Below, one piece after another: positions 54,572 to 64,000 of a stretch of DNA of 64,000 bases (the stretch's first letter is position 1; each line of letters begins with the position of its first letter). The stretch is from NCBI GenBank assembly GCA_023205875.1, contig CP060764.1:248001-312000 (forward strand). Reading direction: 5' to 3'. The notes beneath the pieces are model-generated. The model ran no database searches and was not told the origin of the DNA. It was given only the letters and a program-made list of their open reading frames with translations. A program made the translations under genes and the position numbers. This stretch comes from Chloropicon primus. Lineage: Eukaryota.

Positions 54572-55371
54572 TTACTTCTTTCCTGCCTTTCCTTCCTTCA
54601 TCCTGACGTACTCGTCGGCGTACCTGATACCCTTGCCCTTGTAGACCTCAGGGGGCCTCTTGCTTCTGACGACGGCGGCAAAGTTACCCACGACCTCCTT
54701 GTCGTATCCCGTGATTGTGATCGCCGTCTGGCTCTTGTCCACCTCGGCCTTGACGCCCTCCGGCAGGTCGAGGACGACCGGGTGGATGTAACCGAGCTGA
54801 AGCTCAATCTGCTTCGACCCCTTCATGGCGGCCCTGTAGCCCACGCCAATGAGACTGAGCTTCTTCTCCCAGCCCTCCAGGACTCCGGTCACCATGTTCT
54901 GGCCCAGGGTCCTGCACAGGCCGTGGAGCTGCTTGGCCTTCTTGGAGTCCTCCGCCTTTGTGAACTTCACCTCCGCCTTGTCGTCGCTCATCGACAGCGC
55001 GATCTCGGGAGGGAACTCCCTCGTCAGCGTGCCCAGCGGACCCTGAGAAAACAAACGAATCCCGGAGAGAGAGAGAGAGTGTGTGTGTGTGTGTGTGTGT
55101 GTGTTAGAAGCGGCGCGTCAGTCGAGATGTCGAGGGGGTTCCGAAGCCAGCCAACGGCCAGGGAGCACAACAAGAGAGAAGCACTTCAAAAGCCGTCTCT
55201 CATCTCTCGTCTTACCTTGACCGTGAGTACCTGCCCCTCGAGCTTGACCTCGGACTTTCCCACTTGGACGGGTCTCTTGCCAATGCGGCTCTCCTTGCAC
55301 GTCGTCACCAACCGAACCGGTCTGGCCGCCCTCGCCGTCAGGCGCACGTTGTTGTTGCACAAGGCTCTCAT
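54572..55371 (-). CDS. RPL6: Plastid ribosomal protein uL6c
   Basis: join(55216..55371,54572..55042); transit peptide then ESRIGKRPV, KGPLG, GVGYRA, RPPEVYKGKGIRY. Confidence 0.95.
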
Positions 55372-56433
55372 ACCTCCGCTTCTTCAATAAAAATAAATAA
55401 AACAAAACAAAGTCAGTATGATAGGCTGATTCCATCCCCTTCCATCATCATCATCCTCAACATCATCGTCGTCGTGCATGTCGAGTCGGCCGCCGTTCTC
55501 CACGAGGAAGGGGTCGATGGAGAGCGCGCGACGGGAGGATTGGAACCTCTCCAGTCTCGTCCTGCGCGAGGGACTCACCTCGCCCGTGGTCGTCGTCCTC
55601 CTCGTCGCAATCGCTGCGCCCAAAACTCCGAGACTCGACTCGTCTTTTCTTATCCACAAACGAGAGTTTTTTTGCGGCTGAAGATCATTCTTTCCATGAC
55701 GTTAAAGTGAGGGCCAAGGCTCGAACCAAGCGATGGCAACTTTGACGCAAGGGAAACGACAGAGGACGCGAGGTATGCGTGGAGAGAATGGAACGAGTGG
55801 AAAGGTTGTCTCGTCCTCTTTCGTTTGAGCACGGACTCGACACGTTTTCACGGCGTTTGGTTCCCCTTGGACCGGAAGCAACCGCTTGCTCTGCCTTCCT
55901 CATGTCCTGAAAAGGGTGAAGTGTCTGAAAGGAAAGGCTTCGCTAACTCCTTTTTCCAAAAAGGGGAGATCAGGTCGAGCACGAGGGGTCGATCACACGC
56001 GAGGCCGAGTTCGTTTGCGCTGTTTTTTTAGTCCTAGGGGTCGCGTTTTGGACGACGAGGGCTTGTCAGGACGAAGCTACGCTTCGCGAGCTTTCCATAG
56101 GTCCCTTGCTTGCTAGGTTTCGCGCCGACCACGGCCTTGGGACGGCGGAGAGGTCACGCGCGTTTGGGAGGACTCGGGCGTGGCTCCCTCACTTGGAGCA
56201 AGGGTCGTGGAACGAGGGAGGGAGGTTCCGACTCCTCTGGAGGTCGTCAAGCAAGGGATCGTCTCAAGCACTTTCGTTTGACTCGTCGCTCGACCGCTGG
56301 AGCGAAAGAATTGGACCAGGAATTGTTCCTTCCGTCCAGAACACTCCAAGGCGTTTCTGCATCAATCCCAATCATCTTCGAGGGCTAGAGCCCAGAGCCT
56401 AGAGGGGAGGGTCGTTGGCGGTGCTGGCTGGAG

Positions 56434-57675
56434 ATGGCGGCGAGGGGAGGTGTCGTCGGCGCATCGGCGCGCTCAATGTCGGTGGCGCTGCCGAGGAGGC
56501 TTTTGGGCGGGTCCTCGAGAGGGAGGGGTGCTGCCCCTGCGGTGTGCCTCTGCTCTCGGGCGGTGGCTGGCGAGTCCTCGAGAGGCTTGAGGAGGGCGAG
56601 GGCGAGGGTGGGAAGGAGGGGGGGGAGGGCTGCGGCGATGGAGGTCCGCGTGCTGAGCGCCAAGAGGGACGGTGAGGGGGGTGGCGAGGACGGCGGGGAG
56701 GAGGACGGCAAAGGAGGCTTGGGCGGCATCAAGTTCATCAAACCTTATCTCGCGAACATAGTGAGGACCCTGCAGGACTTTGGCGTGGGGCGCCGGTCCA
56801 TCTGGGAGGGTGGCGTGGGTCTCTTCATCGCGGGAACGATGGGAGCCGTGTTCGCGCTCATAAGCTGGGTGGTCGGCAGCAGGCCGGGGAGGTACCTGAA
56901 CAGCTACAACTTCACCGTGGCTTTCCCCGTGGCGTACGGCTTGAGCATAGGCACCCCCGTCAGGATGAGGGGGGTGAACATAGGCTCGGTCGTTGGAATC
57001 AAGCCGCACGTCACGTCCGTGGAAGCAGTGCTCCAGATCAAGGACGAGAACATCGCCATCCCGAAGGATGCGAGGATCGAGATCAACCAGCTCGGCCTGA
57101 TCGCCGAGACCATGATCGACATCACCCCCAAGGCGACCTCCAGGGAGGACTACAAGTCCTCCCCGCTCGATGCGGACTGCGCGAAGGAGGGGTCCCTGGT
57201 GTGCCACAGGTCGTCCCTCAAGGGCGACCAGGGCGTGAGCATGGACGAGTTCATCCTGATCAGCACGAGGCTTGTCAAGGAGATGGAGAAGGGGGGCATG
57301 GACACCATGCTGGCCGCGGCTGGGCAGGCGATCGACATCATGGAGAAGAGCAAGCCTCTCCTCAGGGAAGCGATCCTCCTGGCGAAGGAGGTCACGCCAA
57401 TCCTGCACGAGCTCAACAAGCAGAATGTGGTGGGCACGGTAGATGACCTGCTCTCCGTCGCGTCAAAGTCTGTGAGGGACATAAACCACATGAACAAGAT
57501 GATCCTGACGGAGGAGAACCTTGTCCTGCTCAAGGAGTCGGTCGGAACCCTGGTGAATACGTTGAAGAACATCGAGAGCATCAGTGGCAGCGTCAGCGGG
57601 CTTACAGGAGACTCGGCGACGCAGGCGAACATCAAGCAGCTGATCCAGTCTCTGTCTAGAATTATTGTGGACTAA
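56434..57675 (+). CDS. TGD2: TGD2 plastid lipid-import MCE/MlaD protein
   Basis: DFGVGRRSIWEGGVGLF, TM segment, GTPVRMRGVNIG, NQLGLIAETMIDITP, C-terminal helical region. Confidence 0.93.
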   Translation: MAARGGVVGASARSMSVALPRRLLGGSSRGRGAAPAVCLCSRAVAGESSRGLRRARARVGRRGGRAAAMEVRVLSAKRDGEGGGEDGGEEDGKGGLGGIKFIKPYLANIVRTLQDFGVGRRSIWEGGVGLFIAGTMGAVFALISWVVGSRPGRYLNSYNFTVAFPVAYGLSIGTPVRMRGVNIGSVVGIKPHVTSVEAVLQIKDENIAIPKDARIEINQLGLIAETMIDITPKATSREDYKSSPLDADCAKEGSLVCHRSSLKGDQGVSMDEFILISTRLVKEMEKGGMDTMLAAAGQAIDIMEKSKPLLREAILLAKEVTPILHELNKQNVVGTVDDLLSVASKSVRDINHMNKMILTEENLVLLKESVGTLVNTLKNIESISGSVSGLTGDSATQANIKQLIQSLSRIIVD

Positions 57676-57805
57676 AGCAGGTGCGTAAAGTATGCGCGCG
57701 CCTGCCCAAACCTAAACCTGTGTGTGTGTGTGTGTGTGTGTTACAAATAAAAGGCGTCAAGCCCATTTTATTACGATTGTACAGACCGCCTACCGAGGTT
57801 GACCG

Positions 57806-59091
57806 CTACAAAAGCTCGTCCTCCGCGGCGGCCTCAACTCCCCTCAAAAGAATGGTTTGAGCCCTATCTATCTTCTCTCTCTCTGCCAGGTCGATGTTGC
57901 CCATGTCAGACCTGCGACTTTGCTTTGAGCCCCAGCCGCCCTTCTGGAAATCCTGCCACTTTGCCCTCGCCTGCTTGGAGACGATCTGGTCCGAGCCCAA
58001 GATGACAGAGTCCTTCAAGGACGAGAACCCCGTCCCGGACAGATGCAACGATTGCTTGATCTGCGTGGCGTCCAGGTCGCTCAGCTTGTGAGGGTGCCCG
58101 TGAAGGGCGCTCGACTTGATCGCCCTCGCGCGCGGGGGATCTGCAGGGCGGCCCGCGCTTCTTTTCCTGCCCCTTGTCACCCTGTCGGGCATCCTCTCCG
58201 CGGCTTTGTCCAAGACGGCGGAGAACTGTTTGGGCAAAAAACCTTCCACGGACCCCTCGGCCGTGCCGTTTCCGGAAGGCTCGCTGCCAATGACCCCAGC
58301 ACCACTCGGCTCGCTCCTTCTCTTCTGCTCCTCGCTCACCCTGGACCCCAAGTTCAGCACAGCCTTCTCCGCCTCCTGCTTCTGTTCCTGGACCTGGAGC
58401 CACTGCTTGTGGTCGTTCGCCTCCACCTTGCGCTCCACCTCCGTGCTCTTGTAAGTCCTCTCCGTGGGAAACGTTGGAAGAAACCCAGGGATGTGTTTCG
58501 GGGCCTCGATGATCGGAGGATTGTCATCCCCCTCGTCAGCAAGTGCCGCCTCTGCTTGCTCCTCAAACACCTGGTCGAAGCTCTTGTTGGACAAAGTTAT
58601 GGTGGCCTTGACCTCCCCCTTCTTCGTCTGCACTCCGCTCTTGTGACTCTTGTCCAGAGGGAAGTTCTCCACCTTCCATCGGAACCCTTCCCGTCCCCTG
58701 CCGCCCACGTTCTTCACGTACCGGCTCACGCTCTCCGCACTCGATCCAACTTGATTCAAGGCAAGCAGGACGTCCACCACGTTTGCTTCCGTCCTGTGCG
58801 AATGCTCCACGAACTGAGGCAAAACGCAAGCGAGCAAGCAAGCGAGAGAGACAGACCTATCAGCATCGCCCCGTGACCGAGACCAGCAAGCGACAGAGAG
58901 ACAGAGAGACAGAGAGAGATCCATGATGATGAACTTACTTGTTGGGTTGTGGCACAAACGTGACTGACGTATTTTGCTATGACGTCGCTGACAGTGTCCA
59001 TGGCGGTGTTGGATGCTCGTGAGAAGCCGCTGTTCTTGAGAACCTGAGCGCTGCTCGCTTGGCACAACGCTCTCGAGAAAGCCTCCGACAT
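57806..59091 (-). CDS. TAF8: TFIID subunit TAF8-like
   Basis: join(58939..59091,57806..58813); histone-fold BTP region (AQVLKNSGF...HSHRTEANVVDV) and HIPGFLPTFPTERTYKST. Confidence 0.85.
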
Positions 59092-59453
59092 GACGGACAG
59101 TTCCCTCCTCTCCCTCTCCTCCCGCGACGCTCTGGTTAGAGAGATAGTGAATGAAGGCCAAAGGCGAGGAGGAATGGTGAGGAGGAGGAATGGTGAGGAG
59201 GAATGGTGAGGGAGGGGGTGGGAAAGAGGGGGTGGGCTCTTGCATTGTGCCTTCCCCTTGCTCTCTTGCTCTCTTGCTGCTTCCAAAGAGCCCTCACTCG
59301 ATAAGAATGACAATGAGAATGAGGCTTTGCCCTTCCCCTTGATCTCGGAAGGTCCCTGCAGGCTTTCTTGTCGCGTTTGGCGCCTTTGTCTTAGTATATG
59401 ATGTGTACGATCGTGTTACAGTGGTGTGCGAGTGAGAACAAGTGGGGGACGAG

Positions 59454-60443
59454 TTACTTGAAGAGCCCGTCCACTCTCTCCCTCTTGACGCCCTCTAGGA
59501 ATCGGAGAAACTCTTCAGCCCACCTGAGGTTGTACGTCAAATTTCTTGACCGCCACATGAAGACGACGAGAGCTACAAGGGCAAGGGCTTGCACCGCAAA
59601 ACCTGGTGTGACGTACGCCGTCCCCGTGATGACAGACTCCAGAACGTCTCCGAACTTGAGCGGGACCATCGCGAGGAAGCCGAGGATCACGGGCCACGGG
59701 AAGGGCCTGTTGGGGATGCCCAGGGGCCTGATGCTCCTGAGGTAACCAAACGTCAGTGGTATGATGAGAGACCAGAAGAAGCTGCTCCACGGCGTAACGA
59801 CCTGCCAAGCCATGGTCAGGCCAAGGCCCAGGGCGAACCTGCCGATGTGACCCATCGCCACCGCCTCTTTCTTCGAAGCGAGCTCCCACAGATACTTCTT
59901 CTGACACCGCTTCAAGCTGAACTTCCTGTACTCATCGATGGTCCCGAGCACCGCCGCCGCTGCAGCGTCCCAGGCACCCCGAGCTAGCGCATTCTGCTTC
60001 GAAAACCAAAATGCTGCCGCCAATTCCCTCAGCACCTTCCACTTTGCCAAGGCAAACTTCGCAGCCTTCGACTCGACGAGAACCTGCAGGACCTGGAACT
60101 TGAACCACTCGAAGCCCCTCTTGTACGTCGTCCTCACTTTGTACCTCGGATCCTTCGAACTCATCGTACGATCCGTCGGCAACATCCCCTCAACCTCCTC
60201 CCCCTTGCCCGATCCAGCCTCAGCCCTGGCCAACACCCTCCTCTCCTCCATACCTCCATTCCTCCATCGCTTCCCCTCCAAGCGTCCCAGTCCAACCACC
60301 TTACCGCATCTCTTGCTCGCCGTCGCCTTCCGAGTCGAGCACGAGCACAGGGACCGCACCCTCCTTGCTCCTCCTCCCCTCCTCGCCCCTCCCCTCGCGA
60401 GGGAACCTCCGCTCCTCTTCATCGCCCTCGACCTCGCCGTCAT
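59454..60443 (-). CDS. Hypothetical organelle-targeted membrane protein
   Basis: 329 aa; Arg/Ser-rich N-terminus and several C-terminal hydrophobic helices. Confidence 0.7.
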   Translation of the reverse strand: MTARSRAMKRSGGSLARGGARRGGGARRVRSLCSCSTRKATASKRCGKVVGLGRLEGKRWRNGGMEERRVLARAEAGSGKGEEVEGMLPTDRTMSSKDPRYKVRTTYKRGFEWFKFQVLQVLVESKAAKFALAKWKVLRELAAAFWFSKQNALARGAWDAAAAAVLGTIDEYRKFSLKRCQKKYLWELASKKEAVAMGHIGRFALGLGLTMAWQVVTPWSSFFWSLIIPLTFGYLRSIRPLGIPNRPFPWPVILGFLAMVPLKFGDVLESVITGTAYVTPGFAVQALALVALVVFMWRSRNLTYNLRWAEEFLRFLEGVKRERVDGLFK

Positions 60444-60817
60444 GACTCCTTATCCTCTTCATCCCCCCCTCCTCGGTTTTCGAGGCAACACGAGGGGTGA
60501 GCGAGTTTAGGGGAGTTTGACAGAACGACGGGCGAGGCAAGGGGAGCGACGGGGGGCATTATCGAAAAGATCGTCTCTTCCTCTTTCGAACGAGCCATTG
60601 CTTGACTTGTTTGGCGCTCTGGGGAAGATTTACGCGGAAGAGTTCTGTCTGCTCTCACTTGCTCTTGTGCTGGAGAACAGATCAAACGAGGTACCGAAGA
60701 GTTAGAGGGCCAAGGAAGGGTGTCTGTGCAGGAGGAAGGGCGTTGCGATGCACGGAAGCATCGCGCCTTGATTTTTGGTGCGAGCTGCTTTACAGGGGAG
60801 GTCACCGCTTGTAAATT

Positions 60818-61333
60818 ATGGAGGGCGATGGACCTGACATCCCCTTGGATGCTCCCCCGCCCCCTTGGTGGCCTCCAAGAGGGACCAAGGAGTGGGAGAT
60901 CGCGGAGCCGTGTAGCACTCCGCCCCCGGAGTTGTGGGACAAGCAGACCTTGCTTGGTGCCGTGCCCCCGCCGTGCTGGCCAGCCGCGGAGGAGGAGGCG
61001 CTCGTCCTGAGCGGGGAGTTCATGCGGCAGCTCGCGTTGAGCGAAAAGAAGCGAAAGGAAAGGAGGAGGAAGGAGAAGGACAGCGGGGGCGAGGCCAGCC
61101 AAGGGAAGGGAAAGGCTACGCCGCAAGGTCTGCTGGAGGAGAGGAGGCGTTTCGAGCGGTCAGATGCCCTTGGGGACATTCTGAAGGGAAGGCAAGAAGT
61201 GAGGGACTTCAGGGAGGCCACGTACGGCGAGGGGCTCAGCGCCATCACCGACATGGAAGACCGGCTCAACGAGGCCTACGACGCGTTATGCTCGGCAAGC
61301 AGAGCTCCAATTTGGCCCACCCCGCCAATGTGA
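60818..61333 (+). CDS. GEMIN8: Probable Gemin8 (SMN complex) orthologue
   Basis: LVLSGEFMRQLALSEKKRKERRR and terminal R...TYGEGLSAITDMEDRLNEAYDALC...PIWPTPPM resemble the two conserved Gemin8 blocks. Confidence 0.65.
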   Translation: MEGDGPDIPLDAPPPPWWPPRGTKEWEIAEPCSTPPPELWDKQTLLGAVPPPCWPAAEEEALVLSGEFMRQLALSEKKRKERRRKEKDSGGEASQGKGKATPQGLLEERRRFERSDALGDILKGRQEVRDFREATYGEGLSAITDMEDRLNEAYDALCSASRAPIWPTPPM

Positions 61334-61380
61334 ACAAGGAAATTGCAAGGGCTTCCAACAAAATGATGTATATCAAAATA

Positions 61381-63672
61381 TTATTCTGTATCTATCAATA
61401 TCTCGTGTTGAGGAACCTTCCAAAAGTTGTAGCCGCTGTACTTGTCGTGGTTGACGTGGTCGTTCTCGTCCTCCCTCCAATCGGGGAAGATGTCATCCAC
61501 CAGCTCATTGATGCCCTGCAAGGTGCTCTTGACTTGGCCATTGAGGGTGACCTGACCCTTCGGATTGATCGTGAAAATTCTTGAGGTGGGTATTCCAACC
61601 GCGGAGTAACTGATGTCATCTGTCGGCCTGTTGCCGAACCCGGCGTAAAAGGGGTTCCAGTCTTCCGGGAAGAGGTCCTTGATGGCCTGCAAAGACGCGA
61701 TCTTGAACTCGTCCGGCCTCTTCACGATCATCTCCCTGAAGAGAGAAGGTAGAATGCCGTCGGGAGAGATGATGACGGGCCCTATGGGCAATTTCGCTCC
61801 GTTCTGGTCCAAATTGAACAGGAAGTCCCGGGTGCTCGTCGCCTGACCAATGGACCTGGCACTCAAGTACATCACGTGGTACCCATTCTTTCTGATGTCC
61901 TTCAGCAGCTTGGTGACACCAGTGTGACTCCAGTCCCTTCCAATGGCTGTCATCATGTGCCCCAGAAAGTCACTTTTGGTTATCGTCCCATCGACGTCAC
62001 TCACGACCACCTTGCTGTTCCAGGGCATCAAGTAAATGTATGCGGTGGCAGTCTGAGTGCCCCACAGGCTCGAGTAGCAGCTGAACGTCACGCTGTTCTG
62101 ACCCTCTTTCAGATTCAGCATTTCAAGCTGCGCTGAGCTTGGAGTGAACATGCTGGAGGCCGATTCACTTTCCTCAGCGCCAGAAGCCTCTTCGGGGGCC
62201 ACCTCCTGGTTTTCGATGTCCGCTTCCGGGGCAGCATCGGGGCTCTTTCCGTCCTCTCCCTCCGCCTTGCCCTTGTCTTCCATCCCCTTTTCCGGGGTCC
62301 TGAAACTCGAAGAGAGCCAGGAGAAGAACCTCCATTTTTCTTCCTGCCTTTTGGTCCGCTCGATGATGTTCCAACTGAGGTTCACGGGCTGGCTGGGCTG
62401 CAAAGCGATGACGTGCTTTGGGCACTCCTTCGGGCACTCCTGGAATGCCAAGAAGGCCATCGTGATGCTCGAAACGTCGGACCACTTCATGAGAACGTTG
62501 CCAACCCTGCACACAAGGTCGTCCACGACGGCGGCACCATCAGGCACTCCCTTTGCGCCTCCTTTGAGAAGATCATCCAGGTCGGCCTTGGATATGATCT
62601 TGCTGTTGAAGATTTCTTGCACCTCGGCCGACGTCATCTCCAGCTCCCCCGCTTCCCCTATCGGCAGGGTGCCCGTCATCGCCTCGACGGAGGACTTGTC
62701 GTTCTCTATGATACAGTTTGCTAATTCTTGCCCGCACGCGGATATCTCCATGCTCTTGAAAGCCTTCAAGCCCGACCGCTTGAGCAAGCTCCTTGCCTCC
62801 GCTGCGAACTCCATGCTCCAACTCGTGGGCATCGAGTCCAGCGTGCTGTCAAGCGGAGGATCGCCTGGCTGGCTGCTGCTCGCGCCGTTCTCGCTACCCC
62901 TGTCCGAGTTCCCAGCAAGCTCAGCACCCAGGCTCACCTCCTGGTCCCCCTCAAAGGCGTCCACGTCGCTCACTACTAGCTCCTCCAGGGTGCACCCTTC
63001 CGCCATCTTCCTGATCCTCTCCTCCAGGGAGTTGGCCTTGTCCAGATCAACGCCCTCGTAAGCGTCCAAAGAAGCGGTCCTGTTGTGCGAAACCCGCACG
63101 GTCCCGTCTCGCATGATCTCAATGCCAGCTTGGCTGTCCAGGGAGAGGCTTCGGTCCAACGAGTAGTAGTTCTTCCCCGAGTTAGCGAGCGCCAACTGTG
63201 CAATAGGACTCATCCCCCCATCCTCCGGCGAGCTGTAGCCAGTCACGCCCAACGAGTCCAGCGAATCCCCGAGCATGGTCCCTGGGATGTCCTTGGCCCC
63301 CTCCGTGGCGCCCTCCTTCACCACGGCCTCCAATTCCCTCGCAGACTTGTCTATCGACTGCTTCCTCGATATCGTCGCGAGCTCATTCGTGTTGCTCGTC
63401 CCCGGAGCAAAGTAAGCGACCCCAGTCCTCCCCAGGCGCATGCTCCATGGCATCGTCACCCCATTCACCGTGATGTACACCTCCTTCTCTCGCCGCTTCA
63501 GCAGCCCCTGGTACTTGCCGAAGCGTACATAGAAGGGGCTTGAAGCGATGGAGGCGTCCTTCTTCTTGACGCACACGATGTCGACCGCTCCACTCAAGTG
63601 AGGGAACGGCAGAGTCACCGCATCCGTCACAGAGAACGAGGACGGGGACTGAGTCCCAGACCTGATGCTCAT
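61381..63672 (-). CDS. PAH1: Lipin/PAH Mg2+-dependent phosphatidate phosphatase
   Basis: N-LIP (LSGAVDIVCV...SSPFYVRFGK) and LNS2 domain (SDVDGTITKSD, YLSAR, FYAGFGNR). Confidence 0.96.
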   Translation of the reverse strand: MSIRSGTQSPSSFSVTDAVTLPFPHLSGAVDIVCVKKKDASIASSPFYVRFGKYQGLLKRREKEVYITVNGVTMPWSMRLGRTGVAYFAPGTSNTNELATISRKQSIDKSARELEAVVKEGATEGAKDIPGTMLGDSLDSLGVTGYSSPEDGGMSPIAQLALANSGKNYYSLDRSLSLDSQAGIEIMRDGTVRVSHNRTASLDAYEGVDLDKANSLEERIRKMAEGCTLEELVVSDVDAFEGDQEVSLGAELAGNSDRGSENGASSSQPGDPPLDSTLDSMPTSWSMEFAAEARSLLKRSGLKAFKSMEISACGQELANCIIENDKSSVEAMTGTLPIGEAGELEMTSAEVQEIFNSKIISKADLDDLLKGGAKGVPDGAAVVDDLVCRVGNVLMKWSDVSSITMAFLAFQECPKECPKHVIALQPSQPVNLSWNIIERTKRQEEKWRFFSWLSSSFRTPEKGMEDKGKAEGEDGKSPDAAPEADIENQEVAPEEASGAEESESASSMFTPSSAQLEMLNLKEGQNSVTFSCYSSLWGTQTATAYIYLMPWNSKVVVSDVDGTITKSDFLGHMMTAIGRDWSHTGVTKLLKDIRKNGYHVMYLSARSIGQATSTRDFLFNLDQNGAKLPIGPVIISPDGILPSLFREMIVKRPDEFKIASLQAIKDLFPEDWNPFYAGFGNRPTDDISYSAVGIPTSRIFTINPKGQVTLNGQVKSTLQGINELVDDIFPDWREDENDHVNHDKYSGYNFWKVPQHEILIDTE

Positions 63673-64000
63673 GATATCACCTGATGATGGACAGTGTGTT
63701 TGCACTTTGGAGTTGTGTCTCCTCCTCCGTCGTCGTCGACGAACGCGAAACTATTTACCGAGGCTTTGGCTTCGTGCGCACGTCCAGTGGTTCGTCATCG
63801 TCATTCCAGTCGATCCGCTCATCCCTCGCTCGCTCTCCCCCTGCCGCTTCCGACCGTCCTCGTCCTCTGCCGCTCGTCGTTTCAGCTGCCTCGCCCGAGG
63901 GACTGCTGGCTTTCTTCGTCTCCCAGATGGATGCTCTTGTGCTTGGCTGGAGAGGATGAGAAGGATGATGATGGGGGAGGGGGGGTGATGGGGGAGGGGG

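Overview
Gene-dense eukaryotic nuclear DNA from a compact-genome green alga. The evidence is short GT-AG introns with CTGAC/CTAAC-type branch points, TGTAA (chlorophyte poly(A) signal) downstream of several genes, plastid-targeted TIC100/TGD2/RPL6/PrxQ/DnaJ-ferredoxin, GC3-rich AGG-favouring codons and abundant (GA)n/(CA)n microsatellites; a Chloropicon-like picochlorophyte is my inference. I can support about 38 protein genes, many needing splicing that the ORF track misses (IMP2, PP7, TIM9, Tctex-1, MED11, TAF8, PRCC, PrxQ, GT29, SUMO-like). Two genes (S9 peptidase, HAD phosphatase) are broken by single-base frameshifts. No rRNA, tRNA, CRISPR or clear transposon was seen. Most interesting: a probable Gemin8 orthologue, an OSD1/UVI4-like KEN/D-box/LR-tail APC/C regulator candidate, an apparently circularly permuted NPCBM-like secreted domain, a SUMO-like protein lacking di-Gly, a Slo-family K+ channel without a calcium bowl, two inverted DnaJ-ferredoxin paralogues sharing near-identical tracts, and three 159-190 bp tandem arrays upstream of genes. 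All family calls come from motif recognition by eye, with no database searches.
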